Part shown: piece after piece, positions 11,336 to 21,802 of the stretch
How the letters are laid out: each line of letters begins with the position of its first letter
How positions within the stretch are numbered: the stretch's first letter is position 1
Assembly (NCBI RefSeq): GCF_001194135.2
Contig: NC_068997.1
Location: 26,677,718 to 26,717,797, forward strand
Length of the DNA stretch: 40,080 nt
From: Octopus bimaculoides
Lineage: Eukaryota
Reading direction: 5' to 3'
Made by a program: the position numbers and the translations under genes
The notes under the pieces: model-generated
Told to the model about the DNA's origin: nothing
Databases searched by the model: none
The model's input: the letters and a program-made list of their open reading frames with translations, nothing else

Positions 11336-12478
11336 ATAGTTGGCTCAAGACTACAGTTAGTGTTGGATGCAGAGGGTTTGAATTTAAAGCTCACACACAA
11401 TTATATAACAAAGCAAGAGAATCATATTCAGTTAATGTTCCCTTTTCATGCTGGTATGGATTCGATGGCTCAACATAGTTTGAGTCAGTTCTTAAGTGCA
11501 GATATTCCCACATAGATGTGCCAAGAGACAATGTCATACTAATACATTTTATAATTTGGCATGGTTTCTATGGCTGCATGCCCTTCCAAACACCAACCAC
11601 TTTATAGTTATGCATTGTGTGTTTTATTATGATAACAACACTGGTAAGGTTGCCTTCTGTCTCACAAGACGAAAAAGTCCTTTATCACTGCATGTCCTTC
11701 TTACTACCAACCATTTTATAATTTTGTACTATGTGTGTTTTATTATGGTGCCAACATTTGTAAGGTTGCGGTATACTTCACAAGACAAAAAGGTTCCCTA
11801 TGTTGTTGCCATTTGTTCAGAGCAACATGGCTAATGAAGCAGGTGGAAGAGAGAGAGCAACTGTAGAAGGTAAACTAGGATGAGAGGGAAAGAGAAGCAA
11901 ATGTTTGAAGAAGAAAGAAGAGTCATTAAGGTGACAACTGAATGGAAGAGTCATGAGAAACAGGAGAGTCATTGCTGGCAATAGTAATGAAGAGAGATAC
12001 CAGTAGTAATGAAAAGAAGGCACAAATAGTGAAATAAGTCTTGCATCTACAGGAAGAAGAGGTATCTGATGGTTTGAAAAAACTCTTTCAATAGAGAAAG
12101 ATGAGTGTTTAAGCATGTTGCTATTTAAATAATACCAGTGCAGTAATGATTCTGCCACTCACTACATTAATAATAATGAGGAGGAGGAGGAGGATTTCAA
12201 ATTTTGGCACAAGACCAGCAATTTCGGTGGAGGGGGTGTAAGTCAGTTACACCAACCCCAGTGTTCAACTGGTCTGTGTTTGTCCCACACTGCCACTTTA
12301 CAACCGGTCCTGGTATGTTTACATCCTTGTAACTTGGCAGTTCAGCAAAAGTGACTGATGGAATAAGTACCAGGTTTAAAGAAAAAAGTCTTGGGGTCGA
12401 TTTTTTTGACTAAAAAAACCCTTTAAGATGGTACCCCAGCATGGCTGCAATCAAATGACTGAAACAAGTATTCTTTTA

Positions 12479-12776
12479 TTTGTTTCAGTTATTTGACCGT
12501 GACCATGCTGGAGCACTGCCTTTAGTCGAACAAATCAACCCCTGGGCTTATTCTTTGTAAACCTAGTACTTATTCTATAGGTCTCTTTTGCCAAACCACT
12601 AAGTTATAGGGACATAAACACACCAACATCAGTTGTCAAGTGACGCTAAGGGGACAAACACAGACACACAAATATATACATATGTATATATGTGTGTGTG
12701 TGTGTATACATATGTATGTATCTATGTGTATATATATGTATGTATGTGTATATATATAAGTATATATTTATATGTA

Positions 12777-12829
<53 letters not shown>

Positions 12830-12985
12830 GATGGGCTTCTTTCAGTTTCCGTCTACCAAATCCATTCACAAAGCTTTGGTTGGCCTGAGGCTATAGTAGA
12901 AGACACTTGCCCAAGGTGCCACACAGTGAGACTGAACCCAGAACCATGTGGTTGGGAAGCAAGCTTTTTACCACTCAGCCACTCA
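12479..12985 (-). mobile_element. Family A SINE, minus strand, tail-to-tail with a plus-strand tail at ~12276-12469
   Basis: Reverse complement of the 761-1175 modules, including ctttcagtttccgtctaccaaatcc and agacacttgcccaagg. Confidence 0.8.
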
Positions 12986-13169
12986 AGACCCCTTGAGGAA
13001 ATAAAACAAACTATATTAGAAACATAAAAATATCCAGTAGTAAAATTTCCCTCTATATAAACATATACACTGAAAAAGATGGTAACTGGCATTTTCCCTC
13101 CTCAACATGGACCTGATATGAACCTGATATTTCAAAGTCATGTAGGATTCTATAATGCTAAAGTGGAGC

Positions 13170-13462
13170 TTATTTCAGCTACGGTCAGCTGGAGCCAGTT
13201 ATACATATACCAAGATGAAACAGTTATGGGTTCTTCATTATGCCCCATGTTTGCAGAGTTTCACATGACCACAAGAGAAAGTGAGAAATGTCAAGTATGG
13301 AACATATGATATACACAAGTGATGTTGATGAGATACTTGTGATGATGGACACACTAGAATATGTCAAGAGATTAAAGGTTGACTTGGACAACAATTCAAT
13401 ATCCAAAAGCTATTCAAATATATAATGGCACAATAACTCTCTTTCTAGATATAAACATAGAG
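13170..13462 (+). pseudogene. Degenerate Penelope-like element reverse transcriptase fragment
   Basis: Translates YIYQDETVMGSSLCPMFAEFHM...*YTSDVDEILV...SLFLDINI with stops and shifts. This matches the PLE RT motif order Y-x-Q-x-x-G-x-x-MGSPL...F-x-x-F-Y-M...RYVDD...LPFLD. Confidence 0.65.
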
Positions 13463-13464
13463 AT

Positions 13465-13476
13465 AATAATAACAAC

Positions 13477-13527
<51 letters not shown>
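13465..13527. repeat. (AAT)n microsatellite
   Basis: Direct inspection. Confidence 0.95.
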
Positions 13528-13528
<1 letters not shown>

Positions 13529-14920
13529 TTGACAGAAAAATACGAAAACTGTTGACAATGCATAGAATGCACCACCCTAAGGCAGATATAGAACGTCTTT
13601 ATCTGCCAAGAAAAGAGGGAGGCTGAGGACTTCTACAGCTGGCATTATCAATGAAGGTAGCCACAATTGGCCTAGACACCTATCTGAAAAACTCTGAGGA
13701 CTGGATGCTAAAACTTGTCTTAAAACATGAAAGCAAGAAAGCATCTTACTCAGTAACAAAACAGGCAAAGGACTATCTAAGTGAATTCCAATTGCAACAA
13801 ATTCAAGAATTAGACGAACTAAAAACACCCGCAGAAAAAGCTAAGCGCTTGNNNNNNNNNNNNNNNNNNNNNNNNNNNNNNNNNNNNNNNNNNNNNNNNN
13901 NNNNNNNNNNNNNNNNNNNNNNNNNNNNNNNNNNNNNNNNNNNNNNNNNNNNNNNNNNNNNNNNNNNNNNNNNNNNNNNNNNNNNNNNNNNNNNNNNNNN
14001 NNNNNNNNNNNNNNNNNNNNNNNNNNNNNNNNNNNNNNNNNNNNNNNNNNNNNNNNNNNNNNNNNNNNNNNNNNNNNNNNNNNNNNNNNNNNNNNNNNNN
14101 NNNNNNNNNNNNNNNNNNNNNNNNNNNNNNNNNNNNNNNNNNNNNNNNNNNNNNNNNNNNNNNNNNNNNNNNNNNNNNNNNNNNNNNNNNNNNNNNNNNN
14201 NNNNNNNNNNNNNNNNNNNNNNNNNNNNNNNNNNNNNNNNNNNNNNNNNNNNNNNNNNNNNNNNNNNNNNNNNNNNNNNNNNNNNNNNNNNNNNNNNNNN
14301 NNNNNNNNNNNNNNNNNNNNNNNNNNNNNNNNNNNNNNNNNNNNNNNNNNNNNNNNNNNNNNNNNNNNNNNNNNNNNNNNNNNNNNNNNNNNNNNNNNNN
14401 NNNNNNNNNNNNNNNNNNNNNNNNNNNNNNNNNNNNNNNNNNNNNNNNNNNNNNNNNNNNNNNNNNNNNNNNNNNNNNNNNNNNNNNNNNNNNNNNNNNN
14501 NNNNNNNNNNNNNNNNNNNNNNNNNNNNNNNNNNNNNNNNNNNNNNNNNNNNNNNNNNNNNNNNNNNNNNNNNNNNNNNNNNNNNNNNNNNNNNNNNNNN
14601 NNNNNNNNNNNNNNNNNNNNNNNNNNNNNNNNNNNNNNNNNNNNNNNNNNNNNNNNNNNNNNNNNNNNNNNNNNNNNNNNNNNNNNNNNNNNNNNNNNNN
14701 NNNNNNNNNNNNNNNNNNNNNNNNNNNNNNNNNNNNNNNNNNNNNNNNNNNNNNNNNNNNNNNNNACTTGAACAAAACTGTACAAATCCAAATATATGGT
14801 ACCCTAGGCATAACACCTACATGAACTTCTAACTTGTTGTCTCTTGAGGTCTCTGGGTGAGACTTGGATCCAACTTGTACAAATGCAAAACAAAAGTCAA
14901 ACATAAAATAATAATAATAA
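13528..14920 (+). mobile_element. 5'-truncated R4/Dong-like (RLE-type) non-LTR retrotransposon spanning a gap and ending in (TAA)n
   Basis: VDRKIRKLLTMHRMHHPKADIERLYLPRKEGG*GLLQL...KQAKDYL is the post-RT thumb region typical of R4-type LINEs. After the gap come a 3' UTR and a (taa)n tail at ~14907-14920. Confidence 0.7.
13852..14765. other. Assembly gap inside the LINE
   Basis: Run of N. Confidence 1.
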
Positions 14921-15373
14921 TGGTCAAATAAAATTAAAATGACTGTAGAGAATTGCTGGAGCAGACAGAAGAACCTGAGTATGGCATGGATAGACTACAG
15001 GAAAGCAATTGATAGTGTCCCACATAATTGGTTACTCAAGGCCCTTGAGATATATAAGATCTCTCCTGTCGTCTCCAAATTCTTACAAAGTAGCATGGCC
15101 AAGTGGAACGCACATCTTCTAAACCATAGTAATGGGAGTGAGCCAATCTAACAACATCACCATCAAACAAGGCATCTTTCAAGGTGACTCCGTCTCCCCA
15201 TTCTTCTTTTGTATGGCACTGATCCCACTCTCAAACGAAATAAATAACACCAGGTATGGGTTCAAAGTTCATAATACAATTATAATATAAACCATCTGTT
15301 TTATATGGACAATCTGAAGCTGGTTTCTAGAAATGACGAAGAACTAGTAGGGCTGCTAACAGCTGTTAAAGAG
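14921..15373 (+). pseudogene. R4/Dong-like LINE reverse transcriptase fragment (frameshifted)
   Basis: NLSMAWIDYRKAIDSVPHNWLLKALEIYKI ... IKQGIFQGDSVSPFFFCMALIPLS ... INHLFYMDNLKL correspond to RT domains 3-5. Confidence 0.8.
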
Positions 15374-15881
15374 TAAAGATTGCTTGCCAACAGAACATAG
15401 CAGTCTGGTTTAGGACTAATGTTGCTGTAATTTAGGCCCAGGAGACATCGTCTCCAGCTGGCTATACGACACGAACTGTGTCCTTATATTTTCAAGCAAG
15501 GGACTCTAGCACCCCCACTCAGCTCAAACTATATCTGTGTATCGCGATTTCCAGGTTATTTCCCTTCATCAGCACAGAATAATTGTTTGGCTAGAGGTAG
15601 AATTTTTTATTACCCACAAGGCTGGCCCTTTGAAATACAAGTACTACTCATTTTGGCAAGCTGAGTGGACTGGAGCAACAGTGAATAAATGTGAAATAAA
15701 GTGTTTTGCTCAAGGATACAATGTGTCACCAAGAATTGAACTCATGACCTTACACGCGTGAGCCAAACACCCTAACCTCTAAACAACTTACCTTCATACC
15801 TAGAGTTGAACTGTTCATGTAACCATGATGTCCTGGTGATCTGATGTGCTATCTTTCTTTATTCACATTGATTTGTGAATA

Positions 15882-16390
15882 CAGTAATCCCTCAACCGTT
15901 GCAGTTATTACATTCCAAAATCCCACGCAATAGGTGAAAATTCATGATGTGAAGTAGAAACAGTACTGTACTGTATACTTTTAAAATTATTTTTATAATT
16001 TGTAAATATTTATTTTATTATAAATGCAAAACAACACCACACACTCGCCTCTCGAGTTTCCTTTTCCATACAGTATGTGCAGTTCTTTGTTTACTCATCT
16101 ATGGTACACTACATATTTTCTTTTAATATATCTTAATTAATGTGTTAATTATTTAATTAATGCAAAACTGTACAGTATTTTTATTTATTAATTTATCAAT
16201 TTTTAGGCATGAAAATGCTTATTTTACCACAGAAATTATTAAAGTCTAAAAAGAAAATAAATACCTATCGGCCGCTGAAACCCACAATATACTGAGGAGT
16301 CCATGATATAAATTTACACATATTAGCCAGAAAAATTCACAATGTACTGAGAGCGTGATAGGTGAACCGCAATATGGCAAGTGATTACTG
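15882..16390. mobile_element. Tigger/pogo-like (Tc1-mariner superfamily) non-autonomous DNA transposon / MITE, 509 bp
   Basis: TA|cagtaatccctc...gtgattactg|TA: imperfect TIRs beginning CAGTAATC, TA target duplication (15880-15881 and 16391-16392), and an AT-rich interior. Confidence 0.7.
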
Positions 16391-16459
16391 TATACAACCG
16401 TATTGTATAATGCTGAGCATACATATTAATTGTTGTGGCGGATGCCTTCAGGTGAGAAG

Positions 16460-16551
16460 TGGGCCAGTCCAATCCTAATGAATAGTAGACTGACACAGTC
16501 AGTAATGGGCCAGTCCACTACTAATAAACAGTAGACTGACACAGTCAGTAA
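16460..16551. repeat. Tandem duplication of a 46-bp unit
   Basis: tgggccagtcca.t.ctaat.aa.agtagactgacacagtcagtaa occurs twice (16460-16505 and 16506-16551). Confidence 0.85.
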
Positions 16552-16849
16552 TGTCAGTCAGCAAGGTACACTGTTCAGGCCAGTCCTGCAGAGACAACGA
16601 AATACATCGTCGTAAAGCGGGACATAACATTAACACAAGCATGTGTTCTTGCATGCTGAAATTAATACTACATGAAGAAGGTTGTGAAACAGCTGTAATC
16701 CTATAGAAGTTACATGATTAAATAAATGTTTACATCTCATACCTTCCTGGTTTTATGCTAGATATAGATGTAGGTGTTTTGTTTAAAAAACAAGTATCAG
16801 GTTTTCCTATAGATTTCCATTTGTCCCACTCTTGTCTGTGTTGGTGGCA

Positions 16850-16864
16850 GTGATGGTGGTGGTG

Positions 16865-16912
<48 letters not shown>

Positions 16913-16915
16913 ATG
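16850..16915. repeat. (GTG)n(GTA)n compound microsatellite
   Basis: Direct inspection. It explains the poly-Y/H/L/P ORFs in the track. Confidence 0.95.
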
Positions 16916-17390
16916 GCAGCAGCAGTGGTGAAGTGGGAGTAGTGCTGCTGCTAGTGGTGGTGTCAGTGGAAGTAGTGACTGTCCATTCAACTCTAAAAAC
17001 ATATTTCAATAACTCATTTAAGATATTAGTAATAACAACAACAACTACAGCAACGACAAACACTGCTATGCAGGTCAACACTTACTTTAGTTGTGTTTTT
17101 TGTTGTTACTGTCACTGTTGTTGTTGCTTGTACCTAGGTAGGTCAGCTACAATGAAAAACTTTCCAGCTGTAACCATCATATTATTTGTTTTTATTCAAA
17201 CATTGTTTATTTAGTTATTTGGGCAAAACATTTAAACTGTATCTAGAAGTGAAACTTATGACTGGAAGTTCAGGAGTTTTGGAGAGTATAGAGTTACTCC
17301 TTTGTCACTACTGTGGCCCATGGGGCCAAGGCATGAGTTATTGTTCAAAAAGCAAAGAAGTCATCAGAGAAGCCATACTCACAAAAGAAA

Positions 17391-17878
17391 CATTATTTAC
17401 ATTTGACGGATATTTGTCCTCATCTTGTTTGTTGTTAACAACATTTCGGCTGATATACCCTCCAGCCTTCGTCAGGTGTCTTGGGGAAATTTCGAACCTG
17501 GGTTCTCATTCCTAACGATGTTACTATTATTATATTATTATTATTATTATTATTACTATTATTAATCAGGTCGCTGCCGTGAATCGAACTCGGAACCTTG
17601 GGGTTAGTAGCCCGCGCTCTTAACCACTCTTAACCAAGGTTCCGAGTTCGATTCACGGCAGCGACCTGATTAATAATAGTAATAAGAATAATAATAATAT
17701 AATAATAGTAACATCGTTAGGAATGAGAACCCAGGTTCGAAATTTCCCCAAGACACCTGACGAAGGCTGGAGGGTATATCAGCCGAAACGTTGTGTTAAC
17801 AACAAACAAGATGAGGACAAATATCCGTATAATGTAAATAATGTAAATAATTCCTCATCTCTTAAATATAGAACTGTG
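17391..17878 (+). mobile_element. Non-autonomous Penelope-like fold-back insertion, copy 1 (inverted pseudo-LTRs, hammerhead motif, tRNA-like segment)
   Basis: Arms 17391-17601 and 17634-17843 are reverse complements. There is a 34-bp unpaired 3' tail (17844-17877) and a 12-bp TSD tcacaaaagaaa (17379-17390 and 17879-17890). Confidence 0.85.
17752..17797 (+). ncRNA. Minimal type I hammerhead ribozyme motif (best-preserved copy)
   Basis: GACAC-CUGACGA-a-GGCUG(gagggtatat)CAGCC-GAAAC-GUU-GUGUU: stem I GACAC/GUGUU, 5-bp stem II, intact catalytic core, and a stem III reduced to the palindrome ACGU. Confidence 0.7.
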
Positions 17879-17879
17879 T

Positions 17880-18075
17880 CACAAAAGAAAGTTGTTAACT
17901 ATGCAGGGAGTATGGAAAAGAATGTGTCAAGAAATGGGCCAAAATGTCATATGAAGGTTCACCAAAACAATATTGTAACACCTACAGCAAGAGGCACCCA
18001 TCATTGCCACATTTGTGCAAAAGAGTGCAGGTCCCTAGCAGGATTGAAAAGTCTCATCTGTGTTGCCCATGTTTA
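17880..18075 (+). pseudogene. Degenerate C2H2 zinc-finger-like remnant, probably a LINE terminal domain, interrupted by the Penelope-like insertion
   Basis: ...NGPKCHMKVH...HCHICAKECRSLAGLKSL has C-x2-C spacing, but the His ligands are eroded. The frame continues upstream of the TSD (VQKAKKSSEKPYS). Confidence 0.35.
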
Positions 18076-18369
18076 AAAGAACAATCACAAAATGATATTT
18101 CCCAAAATTGTGTTGCAGCTTTTATGGATGTATAGATCTCCTTTGATTCTACTAAAAACTGTGTAGACCATTATACAATATATTGTTCTGGTTCACTCGT
18201 GGAAGTAACAATAGAAACTAACTTTAAAAAACAGTGGAACTTTATTCCTTCGTAAAGTGGTACAGGAGATCAAAGCAAGAAATATTACAAATTCTGGTGG
18301 TGGTTGTTAACCCATCATGTGGATAATTCAGCTTGGGTTGTTGTTGGTTACATATATATATACATATAG

Positions 18370-18596
18370 GGAACCCGTGGAAGAGGTAGGCCCAGGAAGA
18401 CCTGGGCTGAGGTGGTGAGGCAAGACCTTCGTACATTGGGCCTCACCGAGGCGATGACTACTGACCGAGACCTTTGGAAATGTGCTGTGCGTGAGAAGAC
18501 CCGGCAAGCCAAGTAAGATCGTTGCCAGTGCCCCTGGACTGGCTCTTGTGCGGGTGGCACATGAGATGCACCATTTTGAGCGTGGCCGTTGCCAGT
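18370..18596 (+). mobile_element. 5'-truncated RTE LINE: ORF C-terminus (18370-18516) plus start of the 3' UTR, running into a gap
   Basis: GTRGRGRPRKTWAEVVRQDLRTLGLTEAMTTDRDLWKCAVREKTRQAK* is the canonical RTE C-terminal RGRGRP..TW...V..DL...DR..W motif. The UTR matches 1-326. Confidence 0.9.
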
Positions 18597-19242
18597 NNNN
18601 NNNNNNNNNNNNNNNNNNNNNNNNNNNNNNNNNNNNNNNNNNNNNNNNNNNNNNNNNNNNNNNNNNNNNNNNNNNNNNNNNNNNNNNNNNNNNNNNNNNN
18701 NNNNNNNNNNNNNNNNNNNNNNNNNNNNNNNNNNNNNNNNNNNNNNNNNNNNNNNNNNNNNNNNNNNNNNNNNNNNNNNNNNNNNNNNNNNNNNNNNNNN
18801 NNNNNNNNNNNNNNNNNNNNNNNNNNNNNNNNNNNNNNNNNNNNNNNNNNNNNNNNNNNNNNNNNNNNNNNNNNNNNNNNNNNNNNNNNNNNNNNNNNNN
18901 NNNNNNNNNNNNNNNNNNNNNNNNNNNNNNNNNNNNNNNNNNNNNNNNNNNNNNNNNNNNNNNNNNNNNNNNNNNNNNNNNNNNNNNNNNNNNNNNNNNN
19001 NNNNNNNNNNNNNNNNNNNNNNNNNNNNNNNNNNNNNNNNNNNNNNNNNNNNNNNNNNNNNNNNNNNNNNNNNNNNNNNNNNNNNNNNNNNNNNNNNNNN
19101 NNNNNNNNNNNNNNNNNNNNNNNNNNNNNNNNNNNNNNNNNNNNNNNNNNNNNNNNNNNNNNNNNNNNNNNNNNNNNNNNNNNNNNNNNNNNNNNNNNNN
19201 NNNNNNNNNNNNNNNNNNNNNNNNNNNNNNNNNNNNNNNNNN
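18597..19242. other. Assembly gap
   Basis: Run of N. Confidence 1.
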
Positions 19243-20289
19243 ATATATATATATATATATAAATGGATGTGTGTATTTTAGTGGTGAAGGAGAGAAGGAG
19301 AAGGTGGATGTGGGAGGAGTCTAAAGTGGTCCAGCCGTGAATATCTTGTCATTTAAGGGTACATCATCTGATATACCCTTCCTTTTACATAATATACCTA
19401 AGACCATATTATCGAATGGTTCTTCCTTTCATATTGGGAGCAAGCTACAATTTGAGCTACAATGTTTTGCTGCTTTTTTTTTTTTTTTCTAGCATGTCTT
19501 TCAAACGCATTAAGCCACGGTCGTGGATTCGTGGAAGTGAATAGTATGGTGTCACAAAAACGAAGTTATGAGATGTTTTATGACTTATCATTGTTTATTT
19601 ACAATAGTTTCCTTACGTCACGTCGTCACATTACGAGGAGTTGTTTCCCCTGAATCAATGATTCTTAATTTAAAAGGAAAATATGTTAGGATGGGTAGTT
19701 TAAAAAAATTATAATTGTTTCTAACATAAGCACAAGGTCAGAAATTTGAAGGGAGGTAAACAGTCCATTTTATCGACTGATACTTTATTTAATCGATCGA
19801 CTCATGGAAGAATGAAAGGTAAAGATGAATTTGACAGGACTTGAACTCACTCGGTAAAGAACTGGAAATAATAATAATAATAATAATAATGGTTTCAAAT
19901 TTTGCCACATCATCCCAAAATGTTTTTAATTGATACTTTTCATGAATAAATATAAGAGTCACTACATGGTCATTTGCTCAGCTAGGAATAGCAACAAAAT
20001 CTCTCAAAATATGTAACATACTCTACAATAATCCTTTCTACTATAGGCACAATGTTTGAAGTTTTGAGGGAGGGAACTAGTCAGTCACATCAACCCCCAT
20101 TTCATCAACCCCAAAAGAATGAAAGGCAAAGTCAGCCTTGGCGGAAACATTGTCTTCAGTACTAACAATAACAGCAACACATTCCATGAAAGTATCTTAG
20201 TCAGCCTATTAACTTTTCAGCCAACCCTTGTATGTATGTATCTGTGTGTATGTGCATGCATATATGAATGTGTATATATGTGTGTGTAT

Positions 20290-20331
<42 letters not shown>

Positions 20332-20640
20332 ATATAATTATTTATCTGTCTGTCTATCTATATGCATGTGTATATGAGCATATATGTCTCTGCACATTTT
20401 CCTTTTCTTTATCATCAACAATAGTTATAAGTTTTTGTAAATGTGTTGGGACAGTAAAAAATTCAATTCTTCTGATTTGAAACGTCTAACATAAGACTCG
20501 CTAGAAAGTTTTTCAGGCACAAGAGCTTATATCGAAGCCCCAAATATTTTATTCCAACAATTCCTGGTTTAGCCCAAAATTCAGGAACACACATTCAGAT
20601 AAAGTTTAGCATAATATAAATCAGAGCATGCTTATAATTA

Positions 20641-21172
20641 CATTATTTACATTTGACGGATATTCGTCCTCATCTTGTTAACACAACGTTTCGGCTAATA
20701 TACCCTCCAGCCTTCGTCAAGTGTCTTGGGGAAATTTCGAACCTGGGTTCTCATTCCTATCGATGTTACTATTATTGGGGTTAGTAGCCCGCACTCTTAA
20801 CCACTACGCCATATGCCCGTGGGCAATTATGGGGTGAATTTTGAGGCTTATAAATCTATTATTTTTCTATCCTTCGTCAATACCGGTTCCCATATGCTAT
20901 TCATATCTGCACTCGGTCTGCTTAGGAGGTTGTTGTGTCCTAGCATATGTGCTGCTTCGATTCACGGCAGCGACCTGATTAATAATAGTAATAATAATAA
21001 TAGTAACATCGATAGGAATGAGAACTCAGGTTCGAAATTTCCCCAAGACACCTGACGAAGGCTGGAGGGTATATCAGCCGAAATGCTGTGTTAACAACAA
21101 ACAAGATGAGGACAAATATCCGTCAAATGTAAATAATGTAAATAATTCCTCATCTCTTAAATATAGAACTGT
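20641..21172 (+). mobile_element. Non-autonomous Penelope-like fold-back insertion, copy 2
   Basis: Same 5' boundary (cattatttac) and identical 34-bp tail (21139-21172) as copy 1. It has a 13-bp TSD atgcttataatta (20628-20640 and 21173-21185). Hammerhead-motif variants lie at 20680-20725(-) and 21047-21092(+). Confidence 0.85.
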
Positions 21173-21802
21173 ATGCTTATAATTAGCAAGAATGACTGAT
21201 ACACGCACTTGGGTTTCTTCTTTTATTTGCTTTAGTCATTGGATTGCAGCCATGTTGGTGCTCCACCTTGAGGGGTTTTAGTTGAACATATTGATTCCCG
21301 GGCTTATTTTAAAGTCTGATACTTATTCCAGCAGTCTCTTTTGCTGAACTGCTAAGTTACAAGAACATAAACAAACATTGGTTGCCAAGCAATTGGAGTG
21401 GGGGAAAACACAGACAAAAGACACACACACATCCATATATATATATACGTGCATGGGTCGTCTAAGAGAGTATAAGTCAGGGAAAAAATGCACTCGTATA
21501 TCTGTCAGTAGAGTGGGTATATTATCTGAAATGTATGGTATTAAATATCCATCACGGCTGGTCTTAATATTCAGTTTCACATAAAGAATACAATGGAGTG
21601 CTAGGTAACAAACTGATTATATAACTTTATGCTCATCAGAGATAGCTAATATGGAAGGGAATATGGCGACTGCTCTCTATATAGAGAGTTATATAAGCAG
21701 TTTGTTACCTAAAACTCCATTGTATTCTTTATGCGAAACCAATTGGTAAGACCAGTGTTAATAGGTATTTAATACTATACATTTCAGATAATATATATAT
21801 GT

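Noticed and set aside
11817-12158. 113-aa hydrophobic minus ORF
   Set aside because: Purine/pyrimidine-skewed low-complexity sequence, probably very old LINE-derived; no motif recognised.
16743-16836. Minus-strand frame QEWDKWKSIGKPDTCFLNKTPTSISSIKPG with donor AAG|gtatga
   Set aside because: The donor is good, but the acceptor sits in microsatellite-derived purine/CA sequence and there is no recognisable homology.
17391-17878. CRISPR-like or miRNA interpretation of the repeats
   Set aside because: There is no regular repeat-spacer array, and TSDs, tail and hammerhead motif explain the structure as a retroelement.
20777-20818. Functional tRNA gene
   Set aside because: The acceptor stem does not pair, the B-box half is deleted in this arm, and it is embedded in a repeated mobile element, so it is treated as tRNA-derived.
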